Origin: Nemertoderma westbladi
Lineage: Eukaryota; Animalia; Xenacoelomorpha
Length of the DNA: 64,000 nucleotides
Direction of reading: 5' to 3'
NCBI GenBank assembly: GCA_032718475.1
Contig: JAUCBJ010001237.1
Coordinates: 1 to 64,000 of the forward strand
Below the pieces are notes generated by a model. That model did not search any database, was not told the DNA's origin, and saw nothing but the letters and a program-made list of their open reading frames with translations. The position numbers and the translations under genes were made by a program. This document shows, in pieces, positions 1 to 12,800 of the stretch. Positions within the stretch are counted from its first letter, which is position 1; each line of letters starts with the position of its first letter.

Positions 1-40
1 TAAACGGAACTGGTTCTAGATAATTATTTTATTAACTAAC

Positions 41-138
41 ATCAAACATCGAGAGTTGTGGAGAATTATTACGACGGACAATCCGTAGTGCATCTTCTAG
101 TAAGGTTAACGGTCTTGGTGGGGGTGACTTGGATACAC
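41..138 (-). CDS. CEP126/KIAA1377-like gene, downstream coding exon (VSKSPPPRPLTLLEDALRIVRRNNSPQLSMFD)
   Basis: Acceptor cttgcag (AG at 140-139) and donor GTTAGT (40-35). Phase matches the exon at 41663-41811 (T+GT=Cys). Peptide resembles the CEP126 segment VSRKPVPPLEEALKQI as recalled. Confidence 0.75.
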
Positions 139-212
139 CTGCAAGTATAGATAGGATGCACCTTAAAGCTCCATGTTCAATAGAAGTGGATTAGATGGAA
201 GCGTCTGAACTG

Positions 213-263
213 GTTAGCGCTACTGATGAGGCCTGATGGCCGAAACGTACGTATAGCGCTGGC
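213..263 (+). ncRNA. Minimal type I hammerhead ribozyme (probable Penelope-like element remnant)
   Basis: Stem I GTTAGCGCTA/TAGCGCTGGC; core CTGATGA (223-229); stem II GGCC-tgat-GGCC; GAAA; palindromic stem III AC-GTAC-GT; GUA cleavage triplet at 251-253. Confidence 0.9.
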
Positions 264-316
264 TCAACCCCCGGTGACGTGCTTTCCCATTGTTACCATT
301 TCTGAATCAAATCCTC

Positions 317-3300
317 CTCGTCCCTTTCCCTATCAATAGACTTACATTCTCTCGCGTCCCTTTCCCTATCGATAGACTTACATTCTCTCGCGTCCCTTTG
401 CCCTATCGATAGACTTACATTCTCTCGCGTCCCTTTGCCCTATCGATAGACTTACATTCTCTCGCGTCCCTTTACCCTATCGATAGACTTACATTCTCTC
501 GCGTCCCTTTGCCCTATCGATAGACTTACATTCTCTCGCGTCCCTTTACCCTATCGATAGACTTACATTCTCTCGCGTCCCTTTGCCCTATCGATAGACT
601 TACATTCTCTCGCGTCCCTTTGCCCTATCGATAGACTTACATTCTCTCGCGTCCCTTTCCCTATCGATAGACTTACATTCTCTCGCGTCCCTTTACCCTA
701 TCGATAGACTTACATTCTCTCGCGTCCCTTTGCCCTATCGATAGACTTACATTCTCTCGCGTCCCTTTACCCTATCGATAGACTTACATTCTCTCGCGTC
801 CCTTTGCCCTATCCATAGACTTACATTCTCTCGCGTCCCTTTCCCTATCGATAGACTTACATTCTCTCGCGTCCCTTTACCCTATCGATAGACTTACATT
901 CTCTCGCGTCCCTTTGCCCTATCGATAGACTTACATTCTCTCGCGTCCCTTTGCCCTATCGATAGACTTACATTCTCTCGCGTCCCTTTACCCTATCGAT
1001 AGACTTACATTCTCTCGCGTCCCTTTGCCCTATCGATAGACTTACATTCTCTCGCGTCCCTTTCCCTATCGATAGACTTACATTCTCTCGCGTCCCTTTG
1101 CCCTATCGATAGACTTACATTCTCTCGCGTCCCTTTGCCCTATCGATAGACTTACATTCTCTCGCGTCCCTTTGCCCTATCGATAGACTTACATTCTCTC
1201 GCGTCCCTTTACCCTATCGATAGACTTACATTCTCTCGCGTCCCTTTGCCCTATCGATAGACTTACATTCTCTCGCGTCCCTTTGCCCTATCGATAGACT
1301 TACATTCTCTCGCGTCCCTTTCCCTATCGATAGACTTACATTCTCTCGCGTCCCTTTCCCTATCGATAGACTTACATTCTCTCGCGTCCCTTTACCCTAT
1401 CGATAGACTTACATTCTCTCGCGTCCCTTTACCCTATCGATAGACTTACATTCTCTCGCGTCCCTTTGCCCTATCGATAGACTTACATTCTCTCGCGTCC
1501 CTTTCCCTATCGATAGACTTACATTCTCTCGCGTCCCTTTCCCTATCGATAGACTTACATTCTCTCGCGTCCCTTTCCCTATCGATAGACTTACATTCTC
1601 TCGCGTCCCTTTACCCTATCGATAGACTTACATTCTCTCGCGTCCCTTTGCCCTATCGATAGACTTACATTCTCTCGCGTCCCTTTCCCTATCGATAGAC
1701 TTACATTCTCTCGCGTCCCTTTACCCTATCGATAGACTTACATTCTCTCGCGTCCCTTTACCCTATCGATAGACTTACATTCTCTCGCGTCCCTTTGCCC
1801 TATCGATAGACTTACATTCTCTCGCGTCCCTTTGCCCTATCGATAGACTTACATTCTCTCGCGTCCCTTTGCCCTATCGATAGACTTACATTCTCTCGCG
1901 TCCCTTTCCCTATCGATAGACTTACATTCTCTCGCGTCCCTTTGCCCTATCGATAGACTTACATTCTCTCGCGTCCCTTTCCCTATCGATAGACTTACAT
2001 TCTCTCGCGTCCCTTTGCCCTATCGATAGACTTACATTCTCTCGCGTCCCTTTCCCTATCGATAGACTTACATTCTCTCGCGTCCCTTTACCCTATCGAT
2101 AGACTTACATTCTCTCGCGTCCCTTTGCCCTATCGATAGACTTACATTCTCTCGCGTCCCTTTCCCTATCGATAGACTTACATTCTCTCGCGTCCCTTTA
2201 CCCTATCGATAGACTTACATTCTCTCGCGTCCCTTTGCCCTATCGATAGACTTACATTCTCTCGCGTCCCTTTACCCTATCGATAGACTTACATTCTCTC
2301 GCGTCCCTTTGCCCTATCGATAGACTTACATTCTCTCGCGTCCCTTTACCCTATCGATAGACTTACATTCTCTCGCGTCCCTTTGCCCTATCGATAGACT
2401 TACATTCTCTCGCGTCCCTTTGCCCTATCGATAGACTTACATTCTCTCGCGTCCCTTTCCCTATCGATAGACTTACATTCTCTCGCGTCCCTTTGCCCTA
2501 TCGATAGACTTACATTCTCTCGCGTCCCTTTACCCTATCGATAGACTTACATTCTCTCGCGTCCCTTTGCCCTATCGATAGACTTACATTCTCTCGCGTC
2601 CCTTTGCCCTATCGATAGACTTACATTCTCTCGCGTCCCTTTACCCTATCGATAGACTTACATTCTCTCGCGTCCCTTTACCCTATCGATAGACTTACAT
2701 TCTCTCGCGTCCCTTTCCCTATCGATAGACTTACATTCTCTCGCGTCCCTTTGCCCTATCGATAGACTTACATTCTCTCGCGTCCCTTTGCCCTATCGAT
2801 AGACTTACATTCTCTCGCGTCCCTTTGCCCTATCGATAGACTTACATTCTCTCGCGTCCCTTTGCCCTATCGATAGACTTACATTCTCTCGCGTCCCTTT
2901 CCCTATCGATAGACTTACATTCTCTCGCGTCCCTTTACCCTATCGATAGACTTACATTCTCTCGCGTCCCTTTACCCTATCGATAGACTTACATTCTCTC
3001 GCGTCCCTTTACCCTATCGATAGACTTACATTCTCTCGCGTCCCTTTACCCTATCGATAGACTTACATTCTCTCGCGTCCCTTTGCCCTATCGATAGACT
3101 TACATTCTCTCGCGTCCCTTTCCCTATCGATAGACTTACATTCTCTCGCGTCCCTTTCCCTATCGATAGACTTACATTCTCTCGCGTCCCTTTACCCTAT
3201 CGATAGACTTACATTCTCTCGCGTCCCTTTCCCTATCGATAGACTTACATTCTCTCGCGTCCCTTTACCCTATCGATAGACTTACATTCTCTCGCGTCCC

Positions 3301-6132
3301 TTTGCCCTATCGATAGACTTACATTCTCTCGCGTCCCTTTGCCCTATCGATAGACTTACATTCTCTCGCGTCCCTTTGCCCTATCGATAGACTTACATTC
3401 TCTCGCGTCCCTTTGCCCTATCGATAGACTTACATTCTCTCGCGTCCCTTTGCCCTATCGATAGACTTACATTCTCTCGCGTCCCTTTCCCTATCGATAG
3501 ACTTACATTCTCTCGCGTCCCTTTGCCCTATCGATAGACTTACATTCTCTCGCGTCCCTTTGCCCTATCGATAGACTTACATTCTCTCGCGTCCCTTTGC
3601 CCTATCGATAGACTTACATTCTCTCGCGTCCCTTTGCCCTATCGATAGACTTACATTCTCTCGCGTCCCTTTGCCCTATCGATAGACTTACATTCTCTCG
3701 CGTCCCTTTACCCTATCGATAGACTTACATTCTCTCGCGTCCCTTTGCCCTATCGATAGACTTACATTCTCTCGCGTCCCTTTGCCCTATCGATAGACTT
3801 ACATTCTCTCGCGTCCCTTTGCCCTATCGATAGACTTACATTCTCTCGCGTCCCTTTGCCCTATCGATAGACTTACATTCTCTCGCGTCCCTTTGCCCTA
3901 TCGATAGACTTACATTCTCTCGCGTCCCTTTGCCCTATCGATAGACTTACATTCTCTCGCGTCCCTTTACCCTATCGATAGACTTACATTCTCTCGCGTC
4001 CCTTTCCCTATCGATAGACTTACATTCTCTCGCGTCCCTTTACCCTATCGATAGACTTACATTCTCTCGCGTCCCTTTGCCCTATCGATAGACTTACATT
4101 CTCTCGCGTCCCTTTGCCCTATCCATAGACTTACATTCTCTCGCGTCCCTTTACCCTATCGATAGACTTACATTCTCTCGCGTCCCTTTGCCCTATCGAT
4201 AGACTTACATTCTCTCGCGTCCCTTTGCCCTATCGATAGACTTACATTCTCTCGCGTCCCTTTCCCTATCGATAGACTTACATTCTCTCGCGTCCCGTTG
4301 GCCTATCGATAGACTTACATTCTCTCGCGTCCCTTTCCCGATCGATAGACTTACATTCTCTCGCGTCCCTTTACCCTATCGATAGACTTACATTCTCTTG
4401 CGTCCCTTTGCCCTATCGATAGACTTACATTCTCTCGCGTCCCTTTGCCCTATCGATAGACTTACATTCTCTCGCGTCCCTTTCCCTATCGATAGACTTA
4501 CATTCTCTCGCGTCCCTTACCCTATCGATAGACTTACATTCTCTCGCGTCCCTTTCCCTATCGATAGACTTACATTCTCTCGCTTCCCGTTGGCCTATCG
4601 ATAGACTTACATTCTCTCGCGTCCCTTTCCCGATCGATAGACTTACATTCTCTCGCGTCCCTTTACCCTATCGATAGACTTACATTCTCTCGCGTCCCTT
4701 TGCCCTATCCATAGACTTACATTCTCTTGCGTCCCTTTCCCTATCGATAGACTTACATTCTCTCGCTTCCCTTTGCCCTATCGATAGACTTACATTCTCT
4801 CGCGTCCCTTTGCCCTATCGATAGACTTACATTCTCTCGCGTCCCTTTGCCCTATCCATAGACTTACATTCTCTCGCGTCCCTTTACCCTATCGATAGAC
4901 TTACATTCTCTCGCGTCCCTTTGCCCTATCCATAGACTTACATTCTCTCGCGTCCCTTTACCCTATCGATAGACTTACATTCTCTCGCTTCCCTTTGCCC
5001 TATCGATAGACTTACATTCTCTCGCTTCCCTTTGCCCTATCGATAGACTTACATTCTCTCGCTTCCCTTTGCCCTATCGATAGACTTACATTCTCTCGCG
5101 TCCCTTTCCCTATCGATAGACTTACATTCTATCGCGTCCCTTTGCCCTATCCATAGACTTACATTCTCTCGCGTCCCTTTACCCTATCGATAGACTTACA
5201 TTCTCTCGCGTCCCTTTGCCCTATCGATAGACTTACATTCTCTCGCGTCCCTTTACCCTATCGATAGACTTACATTCTATCGCGTCCCTTTGCCCTATCC
5301 ATAGACTTACATTCTCTCGCGTCCCTTTGCCCTATCGATAGACTTACATTCTCTCGCGTCCCTTTACCCTATCGATAGACTTACATTCTCTCGCTTCCCT
5401 TTGCCCTATCCATAGACTTACATTCTCTCGCGTCCCTTTGCCCTATCGATAGACTTACATTCTCTCGCTTCCCGTTGGCCTATCGATAGACTTACATTCT
5501 CTCGCTTCCCTTTGCCCTATCCATAGACTTACATTCTCTCGCGTCCCTTTACCCTATCGATAGACTTACATTCTCTCGCGTCCCTTTGCCCTATCCATAG
5601 ACTTACATTCTCTCGCTTCCCTTTGCCCTATCGATAGACTTACATTCTCTCGCTTCCCTTTGCCCTATCGATAGACTTACATTCTCTCGCTTCCCGTTGC
5701 CCTATCGATAGACTTACATTCTCTCGCGTCCCTTTACCCTATCGATAGACTTACATTCTCTCGCGTCCCTTTGCCCTATCGATAGACTTACATTCTCTCG
5801 CTTCCCTTTGCCCTATCCATAGACTTACATTCTCTCGCGTCCCTTTGCCCTATCGATAGACTTACATTCTCTCGCGTCCCTTTACCCTATCGATAGACTT
5901 ACATTCTCTCGCGTCCCTTTGCCCTATCGATAGACTTACATTCTCTCGCGTCCCTTTGCCCTATCGATAGACTTACATTCTCTCGCTTCCCTTTCCCTAT
6001 CTATAAACTTACATTCTCTCGCGTCCCTGTCCCTATCGATAGACTTACATTCTCTCGCATCCCTTTACCCTATCGATAGACTTACATTCTCTCGCGTCCC
6101 TTTACCCTATCGATAGACTTACATTCTCTCGC
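317..6132. repeat. 36/37-bp satellite array 1 (~158 units): CTATCGATAGACTTACATTCTCTCGCGTCCCTTT(G/A/-)CC
   Basis: Directly visible tandem repeat; copy number estimated from length divided by period. Confidence 0.98.
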
Positions 6133-7171
6133 TCCCAGATCTCAACAATCACCGCCCCACTCGGTAGCGACACTGCTCCACTGGTTAACTCAGGGTTCTT
6201 CACTCCCATCAATAACCTGTGATATGTACCAAGATTGCAAGATATGTACTCATGTGGTTAGTTTATCTGGTAATCAACCAGTTTTTTTTTGTGTTACGGT
6301 AACTAATTAGCCATATGGTTCCAGGCTTTGTCACTTATCTCCTGGTTAGAAATCTTATCTTTGAAAACATATAAACTCTTTTTTTTAGGCTTAATGATGG
6401 AAACGCTCCCAATTTATTAATTTTTTTTTCTTTTTATTACATAATTATTATAGCTCAAGTTCTATGATTATCAGTTTAATGTAATAACTAAAATTTAAAT
6501 TATATACCCTACCGGTACTTAAGCTAGTAAGTCTAACAGTCTGGGATTTTCATATGTGTACATGATCCATATACACCTACTTTCGTAAATGGTTTTGAAT
6601 TGATCTGAATTGATGGTTTTGAAAATGGTGCATAAAAATACATACTGCACAATACTGCATAATATAAATAAATCACAATTTACCGGTAATTTATTTTACA
6701 TTGTCTTATGTAAATCTGGTGTAAATCAGTAAATTAATGGACGGCAGGATAATACATGTTTAAAGTCATATAATATAATTGACTTGCCTAGGTAACATAA
6801 ATGGTCTAACTCTGTACAGTAGTTTACAATAAATCACGTGTATATAAATACATTGATACATTAAACTTGAAATAAAATTAAATTTACAGTTTGAAATATA
6901 TCAGTTACGTAGCTACAGTGTAAAAAGTAGTATCACATATGTACAGTAAAATTTATCTAACTAGGTACAATAAACTATGAACACCATATAAAATAAATAA
7001 TTATGAAGTTCAATAAAATACAATGTTTATTATGTTAATTAATAATCATAATAAATGTATTCATTGGTACTTGGAGTACATAGATTAGATTATATATTGA
7101 TGCTTGAAGTTAATAATGCTGTGCAGTTAGTACTGTACTGACTACATTTTATCGTTTAAACTATCTTCGCC

Positions 7172-8532
7172 TTGGTTAGTGCCTCGTCATTTTCTCCCAG
7201 ACAAATTAAACAGTCTGTCAATTGTACTATCATTTTAGCCAACCCCTGTCAGTTGCCATCTCTTGTGGATGATGGCTGCGGGTTTTGCTATACCCGTATT
7301 TGCCTCCGCGAGGCCCACTTTCACTGCCCACTATGTGGTTTATCCTTTCATTTTCAATGTGGCTCCCATATTCCAACCTCAGATTTCGAATCTAATCAAA
7401 TCTATTGGTGCTTTCACTGTTTACATGAAACCTTTCCCTTCTCTGGAATTCCTGACAATGATTTAGACATATTTTATGATAATCTGGATAATATTAATAA
7501 CAACATCTCTGTAGACGAGGTAAACAATTACTTTGAAAGTATTAACCCGGACGGTAATATTACATCATACCTAACCACAAATGAGTATTTTAATTTCGAT
7601 AAATTTGATACTTTGTACAAATCCTGTGACCACCCATTGTCTGTGTTTCACTTAAACTGCCGCAGCCTCCCTGCCAATTACTCGGAAATTTCTAACTTTT
7701 TTGAAACTCTTGAGTCGCGATTTGATATTATTACTTTCAGTGAAACTTTTCTGACCGATAATATTGAGCTGGGCCCACTTAGCTTCGCTGGTTATACCTC
7801 TCCTTTCTGTGATTTTCGGGATTCAATGAAACCTCGTGGTGGCACTGCGATTTACGTTCGTAATGAATTGGATGTCACTGAGAGGAGTGACATTAAGATT
7901 ATTGGACCGGAAAATAAGTGGATCCAGGTCAATCATCCACATTCCAATAAACCGCTAATAGTAGGTTGTATTTACCGTTCACAACAAGTTGACACTAGTA
8001 ATTTTATCTCGAACCTCGATTCAACACTGCATACTTTGGCTGACAAAAATTATGATGTTATCGTTACAGGAGATATTAATATTGATCTATATGGGAATAA
8101 TGCTAATACCATTAATTCCCAGGATTATTTAGCTGCTTTGTCCTCCAATGGTTTCACCCAGCTGATAGACAAACCAACCAGAATAACTCCCTTCTCTCGT
8201 ACTCTAATCGATCACATTAGTACAAACATTAAATCTTCCTTGTGTCACCATGGTGTTTTCCTCCATGAAATTGGCACATCTGACCATTTATCTACTTTCA
8301 TTTTGCTATCTGATTATAACACTTATTTTAAACCTGAGAGTTCCAAGACTAGTTACGATTTCTCTCAGTTTAATAAAAATAATTTCATTGACAGCTTAAA
8401 TAATCCTGATTTGTGGACTTATAAGAGTCTGAATGTCCCCTCTACAGACCGCTTCAATTGCTTCTATAAGGATTTCCAAAATATTTGTTCTCATAATCTC
8501 CCGACCAAAATAATAACAAAAAAAGATTTACC
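7172..8532 (+). pseudogene. LINE ORF, 5' half: PHD-like finger and APE endonuclease
   Basis: Cys/His pattern CxxC..CxxC..HxxC..WCxxC; APE motifs HLNCRSL, FSETFL, RGGTAIYV, GDINID, IDHI, SDHL. Confidence 0.92.
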
Positions 8533-9605
8533 AGTAGTAATAGTTTACCCTACTTCTGCGACAGTTTAGTCCTACTTCACACCTTGGGTGTTAAGTAGGT
8601 CATTAATTAATTAATCAATTAATTAATTGGTCGATTAAACAATTAATTAATTGTTTAATCAATCGATTCGTATCAAATAATGTTGCCAAAGGCAATTTAA
8701 TTTGATACAAATCAATCAGATAGGGGGCGCGAGATGAATAAATTGTACTACAACAAATGAAATATACAATACAATATACAATACATTTGTATTATTTTTG
8801 CCATACAATAAAATGATATAATTAAATATAAAGACGCAATCGAGGCCCAAAACATAAATATACCCTTTCACCAAAATAAAGTGGCCCCAGTTTGGTCCCG
8901 AGTCATCCCTCAATAATCTATGGCTGCTCGGGCTCTTATTAACCGTATAGCATGACTAACCCAATCATCAATGCGTGAATGGGGCATGCGATAGAGCTTA
9001 AATTATTCATACCCACAGCTTCGTTATTATATCAATTCATCCAAGAAATTAGAATAAACATCTGGTATGGCATTAGTTTGCATTCTTTCGCATTGTACTT
9101 TATGAAGCAGTCCACGTGCATATTAGCCCTACAACAAAGCCCTACCCAAAACACCACATGTCAAATTAATTCCCAAACCATCTCTTTACTACAGTGGATA
9201 CTGCAGTTTTTTTTGTTTGAAGTAATTTCAGTTGCTCTAGCGTAACATTAATTAACATACCCAGTCTGACGCAGCAACCCATTCATTACACACACTTTTC
9301 TCCGTTGCACTCCCCCGCTTCTCAATTCATCCCATTTCCCTTCGTAACTAATGTTTTACATTTAATTAACCCAATGAAATGTGTTTATTATTCCCTCAAT
9401 CCAATAGCGCGTCTCTCTCTCTCTCTTTTTTATTTCTATTGGTTCCCACAAGCTTCACTTTTATTTTCATTGGTCAGCCTTTCCCTTATAAACCCCCACC
9501 CATCGCTTCGAACTTTACTTACAAAAATATTATTGACAATTTTACTTTTTATTTAAAGTTATAATACATTTATTGTTATACATAATATTATATTTTCTTC
9601 AAGAT
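8533..9605 (+). repeat. Left terminal inverted repeat (1073 bp)
   Basis: Reverse complement of 23348-24418; about 2 substitutions and 2 single-base homopolymer indels seen. Confidence 0.97.
9401..9492 (+). promoter_or_regulatory. Putative Pol II promoter in the TIR (CCAAT boxes + TATA); mirrored in the right TIR at about 23460-23555
   Basis: CCAAT at 9401, ATTGG at 9438 and 9469 (31 bp apart), TATAAA at 9487-9492, pointing inward. Confidence 0.6.
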
Positions 9606-9736
9606 TGTTATACGTAACACATTTATTATTATAAATAATATATTGTTGCAAACATCAACGTGATTTGATTTTCCTTCTTATTATTCCTAATCGAGCAATT
9701 TTCTTTTTCCAATACCACGCACGAATCAATCTGCAG

Positions 9737-9860
9737 GTAAGAACAATAAATTTGTATTTTTATGAATTCGTTTAGTTTTAACATTATTACCTCAAAATAA
9801 ATATCAAACCCGCGAAACCTTCCCAAACTTATTATTATTATTTAGTTTTTTATTTTATAG
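9737..9860 (+). other. Putative 5'-UTR intron of the pPolB gene
   Basis: CAG|GTAAGA donor; T-rich tract ending TTTTATAG five bases before the ATG at 9866. Confidence 0.6.
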
Positions 9861-9865
9861 CAAAC

Positions 9866-12800
9866 ATGCCTATGTCACCAAAATTCGTTGACTGTCCCGT
9901 CTGCAATAAGAACATGCGCAGTGACAATCTCAACAAACATCTCGCATCTCATTTTAAACAATATTCATGCGATTGTTGTGGCACCTGGTCCTCCGATAAG
10001 AAAACCATGGTTAGCCATCTAGCGCTATGTACGCAAGGTGGGACTGGGTTCAGATTTATCAACGAAGAAAACACTTGCAAGTGTGGCGAATCATTCACTT
10101 TATCAGCCTTTAAAGAACACGATTGCTATACGCGACTCTTCTCTCGGAAACGCAAACAATCTCAAACGCCCTTGTCACCACCACCACCACCTCCACCACC
10201 AAACATTCAATCTCCAGGGGTTGGCCCTTCTACTTCAAGACAACAGACTGGAGGTTCGACCAACAACCCATTTTTACCATCCGTGAATAGCTCATCCCAC
10301 AACCGCTTATTTACATATACAAACACGTTACTTACACCACAATTAGATGTAGAGTTAACACTTAGAGAAAATGAAAGTTATATTTGGGATAGAGTGAGTC
10401 AACATTTTAATAATGAATTTAATTTTATAAAAGTTTGGTTAACTATTTCTATCTTAATGGAAAGGGAGACATCTGAGGATACTCAATTAGAAACCTTCTG
10501 TTTCAAATCAAACGCTTCAAATAATCAAATAACTTCTAATTCAGATTTTGAAAACTGGTTTTCGCAAACTATCGAACGAATAGATGAATTAATAGCAGTC
10601 TTTGTTTGCATGGGCAGTGGTTGGAATATTGTTTCAATTAAAGAAATCAATTTACAAATTTCTACCTTCAACCGCAACCCATATTTCAAAGGACACGGTG
10701 GTGGTTATATTCCTAAAATTTTAGCAAAGAAGAAGTGCATTATTAACTTAGATTGTCCCATCGGGGAATGTTTTAAGTATGCAGTAGTCGCGGCCGCTTG
10801 TTATAAAAAAATTGAAAGAAAGAAACAAAACATTAGTCGATTGTCAACATATACTCCATACATGACCATGTTTGATTTCAGTACGATGAGTTTCCCAGTA
10901 GATAGAGTAGTAGGCATCCCACGTTTTTTAGAAACCAACCCTTTGTACTGCATTAATTTATTATTTTGGAGTACTGATAACACATTGAGCATTCTATCAC
11001 AACCAGATTCAGAACATTGCTTCCAAAAAACTGTTTTAAATTTAATGTTTATAGAAGGTAATCAAAACAATCCAGGACATTACTGCGCAATTGTCAACTT
11101 AAATAGACTTATTAAAAAACAAGGACAAAAGAACAAATCAATTTGCGAGCGTTGTCTGAGAGCTTTTTATACTATCAACTCATTGCAAACTCACCGGGAA
11201 CTATGTTACTCGAGCAAACGACAATTGGAACAAATGCCTACACCAGATAAATTAAAAATTAAATTCAATCGATTGGATAAAACATTATCCCCTCCCTTTT
11301 GCATATATGCCGATATTGAAAGCGTTTTAGAACCTACATCAAACCCTAAATTAGTTCAAAAGCACATTGCTAGCGCCGCCGCATTTTATACAGTACCAAA
11401 TCGCGAGCTAATAAATCCCCCGCAAACATCATTACAAATGTTTAGAGACACTGGAACAAACCATGTTATAGACGATTTTCTCACTGCCCTCGAATCACAC
11501 TGTAGGGAATTGTACGAATGGACTATTTCTGGTACAAACACCAATGTTCCTAAACATTTGACTCGAGCACAGCAACAAAATTTTGATAATGCTACAAACT
11601 GTTACACTTGTAACTGTTCTCTAACCCCCGATTCACACGGACTGAATCTAGCAGAAAATCTCAATACTAAAGTTTGTGACCACAACCATCTAACGGGAGC
11701 CTATCGTGGGGCGGCATGTGTTAGTTGTAACCGCAAACTTTCTCTTAAACGCAATAAATTTTATGTAGTGCTACACAACCTGAGGCATTACGATTCCCAT
11801 TTAATATTAAAAGAAGGTCTGAAAAACAGTTCTAGAACTCATTGGAAGATAAACGTAATTCCAAAGAACACTGAGACTTATATCAGTATAGAAATATCAT
11901 TTCCCATAGACAAAACCATGCAGACAGCAAATGCAAAAGAAAGTATTGTCATCAATCTTCTAGACTCTCTACAGTTCATGACAGCTAGTCTAGATAAGCT
12001 CAGTAGTTATCTTACTGCAAACAATTCTGATCTAACAAAAGCTATCCCACACACTTTGAAACAAATGAAAAATCTTTATCCCAATATTAGCGATTCCACT
12101 ATTAAAAACAAAGGTATATTTCCTTATAGCTATATTCAATCCTTATCAAACTTATACGAAACTCAATTACCACCAATCGAGAGTTTCTATAACGATTTAC
12201 AGCTTGAAGACTGTAGCGAGCATAACTATCAGCGTGCCCAAACTAGTTGGGTTGAGCTTCAATGTCAAAATATATTTGATTATATGATGGGGTACTTGGC
12301 TCTAGATGTCACACTTCTCGCGGATACTTTCCAACAGTTTAGGGAACTATGTTTCTCCAATTATGGGTTAGATCCTCTGCATTATTATACTTCACCGGGG
12401 TTAACGTACGATGCGGCATTGAAATTTACAAACAGTGAAATTGAACTACTATCTGATGGAACTATTTACGCAGATTTTGAAAATAATATTCGTGGAGGGC
12501 TTGTATTTCTGAATACACACTTAGAGGAAGCTAATATACCTGGCAAACCAGAATACAACCCCTGTAAACCAGAAAAATACCTAATTCCTCTCGATGCAAA
12601 TAACCTTTATGGTTCTGCTCTCTCTCAGAAGCTCCCCTGCAGTAATATGAAAATCGTCGATACACCAATAGATCTGGCTACAGTGGATGCCACTGGGTCA
12701 GTGGGATATTACTGCATCGTTGACCTGGAATACCCCCGAGAGATCCACGACGAAACTGCCGACCTACCACTAGGAGCGGAAAAAATGTCCATTCCCAAGA

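Noticed and set aside
8716-9564. ORFs in the TIRs and their mirror copies at 23462-24235
   Set aside because: Short, no recognisable motifs, and frames differ between the two TIR copies.
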